Positions 10,986 through 20,627 of a DNA stretch of 64,000 bases are shown here, in pieces. Within the stretch, counting starts at the first letter, position 1. Each line of letters begins with the position of its first letter. The notes under the pieces were generated by a model. That model ran no database searches, was not told the origin of the DNA, and saw nothing but the letters and a program-made list of their open reading frames with translations. The DNA is from Pseudomonadota bacterium (GTDB lineage: Bacteria; Desulfobacterota; Desulfobacteria; Desulfobacterales; RPRI01): NCBI GenBank assembly GCA_043825875.1, contig JBDRRF010000103.1:101397-165396 (forward strand), given 5' to 3'. The translations under genes and the position numbers were made by a program.

Positions 10986-11240
10986 ATGTTAAAAGTATAT
11001 GCAGCAAATTGGTGCCCTCATTGCAAAAAAACAGTTAAATTTCTTGAAGACAACAATATAAAGTTTGACTATATTGAATTAGAGGAACAACCGCAAGAAA
11101 CCATTCAACTCATTATCGATGCAAATGGCGGAGATGACTGGGTTGTGCCAACCCTTGAATTTAAAGGATGCTGGCGTCCCGGCAAAGTATATGTGGAAAA
11201 TATGCTTAGAAATGATCTTAAGGATATGGGTGTAATATAA
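10986..11240 (+). CDS. Glutaredoxin/NrdH-like protein
   Basis: WCPHC active site, VVPT cis-Pro motif, 84 aa. Confidence 0.85.
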   Translation: MLKVYAANWCPHCKKTVKFLEDNNIKFDYIELEEQPQETIQLIIDANGGDDWVVPTLEFKGCWRPGKVYVENMLRNDLKDMGVI

Positions 11241-11262
11241 AATTTTAATAGAATGGCAAGTA

Positions 11263-12495
11263 TTAGTGTTTTCTGATTGACCGGATACGTTGTAATAATG
11301 TCGGATGTGAGTAGTGGAAGAATACATACACCGGATGCGGAGTCAGGTTTGACAGGTTATTGCGGCTGAGTTTTTTTAGCGATTCTATAAGCTCTTCGCC
11401 CAGATTAAAACTTTTCGCATAATTATCTGCTTCATATTCGTTTCTTCTTGAAAATGCATTCATAAGCAAACCGATGACAGCTGAAATAGGGCTATACAGT
11501 AAACCAAATCCTATAAGCCCCATGTGAAAACTTACTTTTGGAGAACCCAATGCCTGTGACAGTGCCGGGCTGCCTATAAAAAGCGATAGAATAAAAAGCG
11601 TAAGACCTGTCTGGATGACAGAAATAACCATGGCGATCAATGTATGTTTCTTTTTGTAATGGCCGATTTCATGAGCAAGTACTGCAACTATTTCTTCAGT
11701 AGTCAAATCATTGATCAAAGTATCAAACAATACTATTCTTTTTTTTGCCCCAAGTCCGCTAAAATATGCATTTGCTTTAGATGATCGCTTGGAGCCGTCA
11801 ATTACAAAAACATTATCAAGTTTAAAACCTGCTTTTTTCGCAAATTCTTCAATAGCGTTTTTTAATTCACCATCTTGAAGAGGTGTCTGTTTATTAAATA
11901 ATGGCACGATAAGTGTTGAATAAAACATAGCCATAAAAATCATAAAAGCGCTTGAGACAATCCATGCGTAAATCCAGAAATTTTTTCCGGCCGCCTGATA
12001 AAATACTACAAACAGGGCAAGAAGTCCTCCCCCTATGATTGCCGAAAGTAGCCAGCCTTTAAGCTTATCTAAAATAAATATTTTAGGAGTGGTTTTATTA
12101 AACCCGAATTTTTCTTCGATAACAAAGGTATCATATACTGCAAAAGGTGTGTTGATAATATCAGAGCAAAACATGAGTATTGCAAAAAAAACCAAAGTAA
12201 TTGCAACAGAACTTTGAACAAGGCTTTGCGACACTGAATCAACAAAGGCAAAACCGCCCAAAAATAACATCAGAAGTATCAAGACCAGATTGAAGCTGCT
12301 TGTAAGAATAGAAAATTTGTCATTTACTTTTTTATATTCCTGAGATTTTTTATATTTTTCCGAATCATAAACATCACGAACCTCTTCAGGAAGTTTATCT
12401 GACCATGTTTTTGAATTCAGATAATCAATTGTTCTTTCCAGAACAAAATCAAACAGGATAAGTGCGATAAAAATATAAAAAACAGTATTGTGCAT
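11263..12495 (-). CDS. M48 family (Ste24-like) membrane zinc metallopeptidase
   Basis: KANAYFSG, AHEIGH (HExxH), EYEAD, HYSHP; start ATG 12495 overlaps the rubredoxin stop (TAATG). Confidence 0.92.
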   Translation of the reverse strand: MHNTVFYIFIALILFDFVLERTIDYLNSKTWSDKLPEEVRDVYDSEKYKKSQEYKKVNDKFSILTSSFNLVLILLMLFLGGFAFVDSVSQSLVQSSVAITLVFFAILMFCSDIINTPFAVYDTFVIEEKFGFNKTTPKIFILDKLKGWLLSAIIGGGLLALFVVFYQAAGKNFWIYAWIVSSAFMIFMAMFYSTLIVPLFNKQTPLQDGELKNAIEEFAKKAGFKLDNVFVIDGSKRSSKANAYFSGLGAKKRIVLFDTLINDLTTEEIVAVLAHEIGHYKKKHTLIAMVISVIQTGLTLFILSLFIGSPALSQALGSPKVSFHMGLIGFGLLYSPISAVIGLLMNAFSRRNEYEADNYAKSFNLGEELIESLKKLSRNNLSNLTPHPVYVFFHYSHPTLLQRIRSIRKH

Positions 12496-12674
12496 TAGCC
12501 ATCCACTTCTTCGAAAAATTCTTTTTCTGCACCGCATTTGGGACAACACCAATCATCGGGCAAGTCTTCAAAGGGTGTTCCTGGTGGGATATTGCGCTCG
12601 TAGTCTCCGGCTTCAGGATCGTAAATATATTTGGCACAAGGGCTTTGATACCGGGTCATTTTCTCGGTTGCCAT
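12495..12674 (-). CDS. Rubredoxin-like protein with atypical Cys pattern (59 aa)
   Basis: Manual translation [69 protein letters not shown]; below the ORF-track length cutoff. Confidence 0.9.
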   Translation of the reverse strand: MATEKMTRYQSPCAKYIYDPEAGDYERNIPPGTPFEDLPDDWCCPKCGAEKEFFEEVDG

Positions 12675-12697
12675 AACTATCTCCTTTAATGTTTATT

Positions 12698-13570
12698 CTA
12701 AGAAAGCCGTTTCAGTGTTTTGTCATATTCGGGAAACCCAACTATGGACTGGAGTTCTGTAAACTCCAGTATCTCCTCCGGGATCGTACCTTTTTTAAGA
12801 CAATCAAGAGCCTTTTTCATAGCATAAGTTGCAGCAGAAAGCAGCGTTAAGGGATAAGCTGCAATGCGGTAGCCCATTGATGCAAGTTCTTTCGGCGGCA
12901 AAACCGGAGAAACTCCGTGTTCAACTATATTTGCCATCTGACAGCCACCCAGTTTAGCGATTATTTTCATTTCTTTTTTATTACGGGGAGCTTCAACAAA
13001 GATGATATCTGCACCCAGATTTATAAAAGTTTCGGCACGGAAAAGAGCTTCGTCGAGTCCTAAAGTAGCCAGGGCATCTGTTCGCGCCATAAGAATAATA
13101 TCTTCGTTGTTCTGTCTTGCTTCATTTCTGGCCTCTATGGCGGCTTTGATCCTTTTAAATGCCGTATCGCGATCAACCACATCTTTTCCCTTGGTGTGGC
13201 CGCATCGTTTGGGACTGACCTGATCTTCAATCATGATTCCCGCAGCACCGGCACGGATATATCCGTGTACTGTTCGTTTGATATTAACAGGATTGCCATA
13301 TCCTGTATCTCCATCGCAGATAACAGGAATATCTGTGGCATTGCAGACATTTTGTGCCTGATCCGCCATTTCTCCGTAGGAAATCAAACCGGTATCGGGC
13401 AATCCCAGCCGAGCCGCGGAAACACCGAATCCGCTCATGAAAGTAATTTCAAATCCGCTTTGGCCTATCAGCTTTGCACTCAAGCCATCATAGCAGCACG
13501 GCATAACAATAAATTTGTCAGAGTTTAAAATCTCTCTTAGTTGCTTAACCGCTTGCGCCTGCCTTGACAT
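12698..13570 (-). CDS. Isocitrate lyase/PEP mutase family protein
   Basis: DGDTGYG, IEDQVSPKRCGH, ARTDA motifs. Confidence 0.9.
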   Translation of the reverse strand: MSRQAQAVKQLREILNSDKFIVMPCCYDGLSAKLIGQSGFEITFMSGFGVSAARLGLPDTGLISYGEMADQAQNVCNATDIPVICDGDTGYGNPVNIKRTVHGYIRAGAAGIMIEDQVSPKRCGHTKGKDVVDRDTAFKRIKAAIEARNEARQNNEDIILMARTDALATLGLDEALFRAETFINLGADIIFVEAPRNKKEMKIIAKLGGCQMANIVEHGVSPVLPPKELASMGYRIAAYPLTLLSAATYAMKKALDCLKKGTIPEEILEFTELQSIVGFPEYDKTLKRLS

Positions 13571-13604
13571 GAGCTGCTCAAATCTCCCTCATTATTTTTT
13601 TAAG

Positions 13605-13746
13605 GAGCCAGTTTCCAAAAGCCCCATTTTGGCCGATATCTGCGTTGGGCTCAAATTTTAATCCTCGAAATACTCAATGTATTCCTGCGGTTGAAATTTT
13701 CGCCCGCCTTGAGCTTGACCAAACTGAAACGTTTTCAAAGTGGCTC
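13605..13746 (-). mobile_element. MITE family A, copy 2 (short form, 142 bp)
   Basis: GAGCCAGTTTCCAAAA...TTTTCAAAGTGGCTC; flanked by direct repeat TAAG. Confidence 0.85.
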
Positions 13747-13764
13747 TAAGGCAAAAACTTTTGC

Positions 13765-14421
13765 TTACACCAGCGCGTCTTTTACCGCTTCAAAACCTAT
13801 CCGTTCAATCATTTTTCCAAGCCGTTCGCCTTTTTTGGCATTTTCCGAATAATACTTGATTACTTTCTCAATGGCCAAAAGGGCTTCATCATCACTTAAG
13901 TCAGTCAACAATTCCTGAGCAATTCGAGGTTTTGCGCCAACATTTCCACCTATAACAAGAGTCCAGCCTTTAGCTTTTCCAAACAAACCGATATCGCGAA
14001 CCCAGGATTCGGCACAATTTATATTACATCCGGATACAGCCATTTTGAATTTTCCGGGAAGTTGCATCCCGTGATAAATTTCATCAAGCTTCATACCCAT
14101 TCCTAATGAGTCCTGCTGGCCGACTTTGCAAAAAGTTGTACCGGGACAAGTACGAACACTTCGCACGCAAAGCCCAACAGCTGCACCTGGTTTCAAGCCA
14201 AGATCTTTCCATACATTGTCAATATCTTCTTCCCGGATTCCTACCAGAGCAATTCGTGTTGCACCGGTAATTTTCATGGCCTGCACTTTGTATTTTTCAG
14301 CCACATCAGCAAGTTTTCGCAATATTTCCGGTGTTACTATCCCGCAGGGTGTATGTGCCGCAATAGCATAAGTTTCATTATCTCTTTGTATAATTGCACC
14401 TTTTTCGCCGAGTTTAAGCAT
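13765..14421 (-). CDS. Small nitrite/sulfite reductase-family protein (siroheme/4Fe-4S; resembles low-molecular-weight assimilatory-type sulfite reductases)
   Basis: CPGTTFC (Cx5C) and SGCNINC (Cx3C); start ATG 14421 after RBS AGGAGGAG; 218 aa. Confidence 0.8.
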   Translation of the reverse strand: MLKLGEKGAIIQRDNETYAIAAHTPCGIVTPEILRKLADVAEKYKVQAMKITGATRIALVGIREEDIDNVWKDLGLKPGAAVGLCVRSVRTCPGTTFCKVGQQDSLGMGMKLDEIYHGMQLPGKFKMAVSGCNINCAESWVRDIGLFGKAKGWTLVIGGNVGAKPRIAQELLTDLSDDEALLAIEKVIKYYSENAKKGERLGKMIERIGFEAVKDALV

Positions 14422-14642
14422 GAATCTCCTCCTGAAATCTATATGATGAAGTTGGCATAATCTTAATGAATACTGAAAAACGGGTACCTTCAAAAGCTGT
14501 ATATGTCAATATAAACTTCCTTTCGTGGTTGTTTGAATCGGGTTAGTTTTCAGGCAAACCGAAGCTGTGATAGGTCATAGTATGACTTGCGGTTTAATAC
14601 CGAATCATTTTAAAAATGAACGATCCGTATTCAGCAAAAAAC

Positions 14643-15407
14643 TTAAATAGTTTTATCCTCATCGACAAAATCAGGATATAGCAATTTGGCACAATCTTGG
14701 CAAATGCCGTGAGTGAATTCGGCCTCAGAGTGATTCTTAATGTATGTTTCAATTTGGTTCCAGGAGCCCTTATCATCACGTATTTTTTTACAGTTAGCAC
14801 AAATCGGCAGGAGGCCTCGCAGGATTTTCAGTTTTTCTTCGGCTTTATTACGATCTTCTATCTCCTTAGATAACCGTGCATTTGCTTGCATTAACTCAAG
14901 TGTACGTTCCTCAACTCTATTCTCCAATTCAGCATGTGCTTTTTTCAGTTTTTCCTCAGCTTGCTTGAGGATAGTTATATCTATACCCATACCTATCAGA
15001 AAATTTTTATCATTGATTGTCATACGTAAAGCGGTAAAATAATATGGTACTTTTGAGCCGTTTTTGATTATAAGATCAGCTTGTGCATCAGATTTGCCTT
15101 TAGCAAAGCACTCTTTTGCTCTATCTGCAATTAGATCCTTATCCGAGCCATCAACCCAATCTAAAACATGTTTTTGTTTCATTTCTTCAGCGGAATACCC
15201 GGTCAATTCTTCGTGGTTCTTGTTCCAGCGAATGATGTTTCCATCCTCATCATAGAGATAAAAAATCCCGGGAAGACAATCAAGTACACTATTAGAGAAG
15301 TTTCTCTCAATTATTATATCTATCTCCATTTGCTTTAGGCAGGCAAGTTGTTTCTCCAACTCCTGAACCCTGTGCTCCAATTCCTCTTTGTTTAGCTTGC
15401 TGACCAT
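14643..15407 (-). CDS. PAS-domain sensor protein with coiled coil and C-terminal Cys-rich domain
   Basis: PAS signature (WNKNHEELTGYS, DIT), coiled coil, LLPICANCKKIRDD...THGICQDC tail; no kinase domain. Confidence 0.85.
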   Translation of the reverse strand: MVSKLNKEELEHRVQELEKQLACLKQMEIDIIIERNFSNSVLDCLPGIFYLYDEDGNIIRWNKNHEELTGYSAEEMKQKHVLDWVDGSDKDLIADRAKECFAKGKSDAQADLIIKNGSKVPYYFTALRMTINDKNFLIGMGIDITILKQAEEKLKKAHAELENRVEERTLELMQANARLSKEIEDRNKAEEKLKILRGLLPICANCKKIRDDKGSWNQIETYIKNHSEAEFTHGICQDCAKLLYPDFVDEDKTI

Positions 15408-16220
15408 TGCAGCACCCTCCGATTATGTGAAGTGTTTTGAAAACACATCATAGTAATCCCAGACACCGAAATGCTTTTAGAAATAGCCTCACCGTATCTG
15501 AAAAATATCATTCTCGCTGTTAATCGAGTTTTCTGCTGGTAATCAATCTCTGTGTTCTGTAACAAATACAAAATCTCTTTGATTCTCATATAAAGCATTA
15601 TACATGAAAGCTATCAACGGTGGCAAAACAAAAAAAGATAAGATAGATTCTTATAAGATTGCCATGCTGATTAAAGGCGGCAATTTTTCGATAGCTTATC
15701 CGTATCCGGCTAAAATACCCGCAGCCGATAAGGAAATGAGAACTTTATCGCATTAAACAGAGACAATAGGTTAGTGCCTAATGAATTACGTTTTTTAACA
15801 TTGACTTAGCTCTGTTTATAGATTATTTATAACCTTAGTTTTTCACAGACGCTTGCATTTATCATGTTAGAAAAGAGAACCCTCCTATTTGTGAACTTTG
15901 TTTTAAATTATTGAACCTAAATAACCTGGTGCAGGCTTAGCTCTTTATTATACAGAATGTATAAATGTCAGGGCTTTCAAGAATGATGAGACTTTCTATT
16001 GCAGATGTATGTTTGTCGGTTAAGCATGATAAAAAACAACAGATTAGGCAGGCTTTTGTCTAATTGATGGGCAATATCTTTATGTATAAAGGGCGAGCCT
16101 AATCTACCCACGTCGGGACTAATATTCATATTGACATATTAGCCCACAGCAAAGTCATAATTATATTATACATAAACAGTAAGTTTTGTTGTTATCGATT
16201 ACGGGTAGGTCTTCTTATAG

Positions 16221-16257
16221 CGTTCACAATATTCGTTCATATAATAACTGGTTATGT
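16221..16257 (+). other. attI-like site heading the cassette array
   Basis: L box ATATAAT, 5-bp spacer AACTG, core GTTATGT (16251-16257), which is the exact complement of ACATAAC closing the first cassette; CGTTCA repeated upstream. Confidence 0.5.
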
Positions 16258-16269
16258 TTTCGAAAAGAA

Positions 16270-16620
16270 ATGATTAGAAAAGAAACGGCATTATTAAGCC
16301 TTTTTATAGCATCATTTGTAACAATCATTCATATTGGTTGGCGCAAATTTGGTGGTTTGATTTCTGGTGGTAGATATTCAGATTCCCACTCTTGGAATGA
16401 ACTGATCAACTATATACCGGAGTTTTTATTTTTTTTTGGTATCACATTCATAGGAATATTCATTTGGGAGAGTCGGAAAAAGAATAAGACGTATTTTAAA
16501 TGTCCTGAATGCGGAAATGTAATAGCATCGCATGAAAACAATAGGCGTATTTGTCAAGTGTGTGGTGCAAGTTATGAATATCTTGAAGGCTATTTTAATA
16601 GGCATCCTGAAAATAAGTAG
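16270..16620 (+). CDS. Cassette gene: 2-TM protein with C-terminal zinc ribbon
   Basis: ATG 16270 just after the core site; CPECG...CQVCG. Confidence 0.7.
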   Translation: MIRKETALLSLFIASFVTIIHIGWRKFGGLISGGRYSDSHSWNELINYIPEFLFFFGITFIGIFIWESRKKNKTYFKCPECGNVIASHENNRRICQVCGASYEYLEGYFNRHPENK

Positions 16621-16644
16621 ACTCTTATTAGCATTAATATTTCA

Positions 16645-16701
16645 ACATAACCTCTGCGTTCTGTCGGACTCGCTTTGTTCGCCGCAGACGCAGGGTTAGT
16701 T
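16645..16701 (+). other. attC site (57 bp)
   Basis: R'' ACATAAC, arms CTGCGTTCTG / CAGACGCAG with an extrahelical base, R' GTTAGTT. Confidence 0.85.
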
Positions 16702-16730
16702 CTCATCGCAATTTCACCATAGGGGTAGAG

Positions 16731-17708
16731 ATGATTGTTCCACGATACTGGTCGGAATCAAAGACAAAAAAAATTGTTGAGGGTCGGCAATTTACTATAA
16801 AAAGGTTTGGCTGGTCTGATCTTAGTGAGCAAGACGCAAAAGCTCATGCTGATGATAGACTAAAGGAAGCAGTAAAAACTCTTGAAACCGAAGGTGATGT
16901 CCGTCGAATTGATCACAAAACCTCATACAATGGTGCTGAAGGAATTCCAATTCGAGAAGAAGTAATATCAAAGCATCAGGATGTCATCATTTCAAGAAAT
17001 TCGTATGGTTCACTTTGCTTGAACACTCCTGATGTAATGTTTGCCGATATTGATTTTGAATATGAAGCCTCATTTAAGACACATGTTGTTGCTTTTATTT
17101 TTCTGTCTTTTTGTGCTGCTATAATAAGCTTATTTTTTAAATCGTGGTTAGCACTTTTCCTTAGCGCCATTGCCGTTCTCGTTTTTATTCCAACTATGGC
17201 TAAACTAATACATAGAATGATACTTAGTTTAAATGGTGGATTCGAACGAAAAGCCATAGAAACAATCAAGAAGGTATCAATAGAGAGTCCCGAATTACAT
17301 TTTCGACTATACAGAACTCCATTAGGGTTTAGGGTTCTTCTCATGAATGATACATATAGTCCTACCAGTGATACAGCCATTAACCTACTAAAGGATCTGC
17401 AATCAGACAGTATTTACGTCCAAATGTGTAAAAATCAAAATTGTTTTAGGGCTAGGGTAAGCCCAAAGCCTTGGAGAATTGGCATTGAGCGAATAAAACC
17501 ACAGCCAGGTGTTTGGCCAATCAAAGAAGAACGGATGAAGGATCGTCGAGAGTGGGTAGACATGTATGAGAAAAAAGCTAAGAATTACTCTTCATGTCAT
17601 TTTTTGATGCAACTGGGAAGTGTTAAAGTTTCCCCCAAAGCTGAATTCGTTAGGAAAATTCATGACGATTTATGCAAGGTGAGTAGTAGTGAACTTAGTA
17701 CTGCTTGA
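16731..17708 (+). CDS. Cassette gene: hypothetical protein with central 2-TM segment
   Basis: 325 aa; bounded by GTTAGTT and its complement AACTAAC. Confidence 0.8.
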   Translation: MIVPRYWSESKTKKIVEGRQFTIKRFGWSDLSEQDAKAHADDRLKEAVKTLETEGDVRRIDHKTSYNGAEGIPIREEVISKHQDVIISRNSYGSLCLNTPDVMFADIDFEYEASFKTHVVAFIFLSFCAAIISLFFKSWLALFLSAIAVLVFIPTMAKLIHRMILSLNGGFERKAIETIKKVSIESPELHFRLYRTPLGFRVLLMNDTYSPTSDTAINLLKDLQSDSIYVQMCKNQNCFRARVSPKPWRIGIERIKPQPGVWPIKEERMKDRREWVDMYEKKAKNYSSCHFLMQLGSVKVSPKAEFVRKIHDDLCKVSSSELSTA

Positions 17709-17711
17709 AAG

Positions 17712-17839
17712 AACTAACGATTTGCTGGTGAGGGACCGAGAAAAACTGTGGGCTTTTCAAAAGCCGTGCTTGGCTTTAGTTTTGTGCGTTTTACCATTAC
17801 CGAAAGGCAACAGCCCCCGGCTTTCCCGGTGTGTCATAT
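17712..17839 (+). other. Degenerate attC site
   Basis: R'' AACTAAC; interior resembles the attC at 9179 (TTTT..AAA.GCCGTGC); right end decayed (GTCATAT). Confidence 0.5.
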
Positions 17840-17871
17840 TGTAACCGAAAAAAGTATAGGCAAGGATTAAA

Positions 17872-18357
17872 ATGGCAACCAAAAAAATAAAAGAATATGG
17901 CTTGAAGGTCATTTCTGGATTTTTTAGCGGCATTGGTTTTGCGATTGCTATCGTATTGATTTTGTCAATTCAAGGCTACATTACCGAGAAATTTGTTAAA
18001 GAGGCCAAAGAGGAAATAGAGGTTGAACGCTTTGTACCACCAGAACGTATAGAGTTTGATGAGAACTCTGGCTTGATCATTACAAATCATGAATCTCAAA
18101 AGTATGAAAAGAAATTTGTCATTATCGGTCAAGTAAAGAACGGCGGTGAAAATTCTTGGCGACATGTCAGCTTAGATGCTGAATTATTCAATTCAGAAAA
18201 GAAGTTTGTGGACCGATGTTCAACCTATATTTCAGGCACAATGAAGCCCAATGAATTAAGAAATTTTATAATTACATGCGGTGGCTGTGATGATGCACCA
18301 TTAATCGATTTTAACACTTATGAGGTCAATGTTGTAGACGCTTTTTATACTAAATAG
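17872..18357 (+). CDS. Cassette gene: membrane-anchored FxLYD-like domain protein
   Basis: N-terminal TM helix; IIGQVKN...VSLDAELFNSEKKFV beta-sandwich pattern. Confidence 0.65.
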   Translation: MATKKIKEYGLKVISGFFSGIGFAIAIVLILSIQGYITEKFVKEAKEEIEVERFVPPERIEFDENSGLIITNHESQKYEKKFVIIGQVKNGGENSWRHVSLDAELFNSEKKFVDRCSTYISGTMKPNELRNFIITCGGCDDAPLIDFNTYEVNVVDAFYTK

Positions 18358-18360
18358 GCC

Positions 18361-18434
18361 ACATAACAATTGGCTTTACTTTACTTAGGACTCGGACAAA
18401 GAGCAGCTCTCGCCGGTAAGCCACAGCATTAAAT
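18361..18434 (+). other. attC site (74 bp, core mutated)
   Basis: R'' ACATAAC, arms TGGCTTTAC / GTAAGCCA, R' ATTAAAT. Confidence 0.7.
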
Positions 18435-18437
18435 TAC

Positions 18438-18883
18438 ATGGATAATGTCGTTGAAAAATATAAATCTTTAAATCCTGATGCCATGAAAAAGCTCAAGTAT
18501 ATTTATGTGAATATGCGCTACTTGTATGGAAAGATTTTTGCTCTAAAGGTAAAAAGCTCAAATATCGAGATTCTGTCGTAGGTATGAAACATATTGTAGA
18601 TACTGTTCTACCTGAAACAGCACTAAATGCAGTAAAAAGTGGGATTGCAGACGAAGATATAAATATTCAGTACCAAGAGCCAATTGTAGCTTTACAAGAT
18701 TTAGATTGGGAGCCGCCAGAAAACATTGAGTACGCATATTATGCAATATATAACTTGTATCGTAAGTATATCAATAATGAATATATTGATGATTGGATTA
18801 TTGCAAATCAAGCTTTATCCTCAATAGAAGAAAAGAAAAATATAAAACAGATTTTAATTGAAGCCGTTGAAAATGTAATTTAA
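18438..18883 (+). pseudogene. Cassette gene, apparently frameshifted at the A5 run 18486-18490
   Basis: ATG 18438 frame stops early; the frame of ORF 18584 is open back to 18479; adding one A joins the two. Confidence 0.55.
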
Positions 18884-18963
18884 AAATTTATTGAGCAGAA
18901 GGGAATTACTTTGGTTCTTGCTTTTTAAAACCTTTTGGCCTGCTGCTCATAAAGCCGTTAAGT
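18878..18963 (+). other. attC site (86 bp)
   Basis: R'' ATTTAAA, arms TTTATTGAGCAGAAGG / CCTGCTGCTCATAAA, R' GTTAAGT. Confidence 0.8.
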
Positions 18964-18979
18964 TTCATTAAGTAAAAAT

Positions 18980-19381
18980 ATGTCTGATAAAAGCATCTTG
19001 AAATGCCCAAGCTGTCATAAGGAATTAAAATGGTTACCAAAAGGTAAGCATATATGCAGTTGTGGAGAAATTATAAGCACGACTGGAGAAGATCTAAAAG
19101 AATTCGCATTATCTGAATTTAAAATGTCATTTAAGGATAGGTTGCCAAGTTTCATTGAAGTGCAATTAATTTTCGCAATTATATTAATTGTTGCAGTCTT
19201 TGTTATAAGGGTTCTGTATCAAAAACAATGGCTCCAATTTGAAGCTGACTTTTTGTTTAAAACTTTTGGGGTTGACCCTACAGATTATAAAGAATTTATT
19301 GCTCCTTTTACCGTAGCGGCATTTATAGTGGTTTGGATCTCTTATAAAATTATAAAGAGACTAAAAAAGAGAAAAACATAA
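18980..19381 (+). CDS. Cassette gene: N-terminal zinc ribbon plus 2 TM helices
   Basis: CPSC...CSCG; the stop codon lies within the following R'' box. Confidence 0.75.
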   Translation: MSDKSILKCPSCHKELKWLPKGKHICSCGEIISTTGEDLKEFALSEFKMSFKDRLPSFIEVQLIFAIILIVAVFVIRVLYQKQWLQFEADFLFKTFGVDPTDYKEFIAPFTVAAFIVVWISYKIIKRLKKRKT

Positions 19382-19440
19382 CATGCGGTTTCACAAAGGA
19401 CCGCTCGTACCTCGCGGCCTATGAACTAAGAGAGTTAAAT
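19376..19440 (+). other. attC site (65 bp)
   Basis: R'' ACATAAC, arms GTTTCA..AGGACCGC / GCGGCCT.TGAAC, R' GTTAAAT. Confidence 0.8.
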
Positions 19441-19458
19441 ATATACTTCTAAAGGATA

Positions 19459-19683
19459 ATGATGGCAAATATCAAAAAACAATACAAAAGGATTTATTGC
19501 CCGGTAATCAAGAGTGATGTCAAAATAGAATATCATTTTGTATTAGTGGATGATGCAATAATTGGAAAGCCTCACATGAGAGGTTGCGATTCAAAGAATA
19601 AATGTGACGTTGAAGATAAACAAGCAATCGGTATTGAAAGCTACAAATGGGACGAATGCCCACTATATCGCGAGTCTCCTTAA
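19459..19683 (+). CDS. Cassette gene: small Cys-rich hypothetical protein
   Basis: 74 aa, four Cys, RBS AAAGGA, follows attC. Confidence 0.65.
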   Translation: MMANIKKQYKRIYCPVIKSDVKIEYHFVLVDDAIIGKPHMRGCDSKNKCDVEDKQAIGIESYKWDECPLYRESP

Positions 19684-19759
19684 AATACTTAAACTATGCT
19701 CTTTTAAAAGAAAGTTGTTCAGGACGAATCCTCAACCAATAGGATACAATATTTGCACC

Positions 19760-20137
19760 ATGAACGACGATGTAATTATACAAATAATGCGGGAACACTT
19801 TGAGGGTCTTTTTCCAAAAGTTTGCACTCTATGCGGCCGTCGTTTTGCAACGCTTAAGGAATACATACTTAATACCAAACGCATCGGAGCAACTATCTTC
19901 TACGATGCAGAATTAGAAAATTGGGAAACAACTCAGCCGATCGGTGCTGTGGCACTTGCAAACTGTGCTTGTGGCACCACGCTGGCACTTACCACCGGAG
20001 GTATGCCGATTTCACAAATCCATTTGATGTTGAAATGGATAAAAGAGGAAACTCAACGTCGAGGCATGAGCTCAGTGGAAATAGCAGATTATGTTCGCGA
20101 TGAAATTCACAAAAGAGTACTGGCAGAGATAGTATAA
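19760..20137 (+). CDS. Hypothetical protein with CxxC and CxC motifs
   Basis: FPKVCTLCGRRF...NCACGTTL; likely start ATG 19760. Confidence 0.65.
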   Translation: MNDDVIIQIMREHFEGLFPKVCTLCGRRFATLKEYILNTKRIGATIFYDAELENWETTQPIGAVALANCACGTTLALTTGGMPISQIHLMLKWIKEETQRRGMSSVEIADYVRDEIHKRVLAEIV

Positions 20138-20159
20138 AAAAGATATTAGGAGGATAACA

Positions 20160-20396
20160 ATGCGTTTGTTTTGTATTTTGCTAACCTTATTATGGTTAAT
20201 TGTTTCGCCTTCAATGCTTTGCGCCAATGAGGCGCAGACCGCAAAGGAAGGCTTTAAAGATATTCACCGGGGTTTGAAGAAGATTACGAATTCAGTGGAC
20301 AAAAAGGCCACAAAAGGTGTTAAGGCCATTGACAAGAAAGCCAAAACGCTCTTGAAAAAGGCCGATAGAGATGTAAAGAAAACCACCAGGAATTAA
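20160..20396 (+). CDS. Small secreted Lys-rich protein
   Basis: RBS AGGAGG, signal peptide, amphipathic helical repeats. Confidence 0.65.
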   Translation: MRLFCILLTLLWLIVSPSMLCANEAQTAKEGFKDIHRGLKKITNSVDKKATKGVKAIDKKAKTLLKKADRDVKKTTRN

Positions 20397-20402
20397 TTGA
20401 GA

Positions 20403-20566
20403 GCGCCAGTTTCAAAACGCCCCATTTTGGCCGATCTCTGCGTTGGGCTCAAATTTCGCACGAAGTGAAGCATTAGCGCTATCCTCGAAATACTCTATGT
20501 ATTCCTGTGGTTGAAATTTTCTCCCGCCTTGAGCTTGACCAAACTGAAACGTTTTGAAAGTGGCTC
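20403..20566 (-). mobile_element. MITE family A, copy 3 (164 bp)
   Basis: GCGCCAGTTTCAAAAC...GTTTTGAAAGTGGCTC; flanked by direct repeat GAGA. Confidence 0.85.
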
Positions 20567-20627
20567 GAGAGAGTAAAGAGGGTTGAATTTCAATTTTATA
20601 TAACAATTTAGAGATATAACTATAATA

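Noticed and set aside
14545..15735. Hairpins near 14555-14595 and 15657-15690 as c-di-GMP riboswitches
   Set aside because: They lack the GEMM two-stem architecture with GAAA tetraloop and receptor.
16060..16115. Possible intI C-terminal remnant (LMGN...THV resembling LLGH...IYTHV) upstream of the attI-like site
   Set aside because: Spacing is off, there is an in-frame stop, and no other tyrosine-recombinase motifs are nearby; likely chance.
16154..16182. Possible LexA box (…ATACATAAACAG) near the cassette promoter region
   Set aside because: Left half-site CTGT is absent, and the LexA motif in this lineage may differ.
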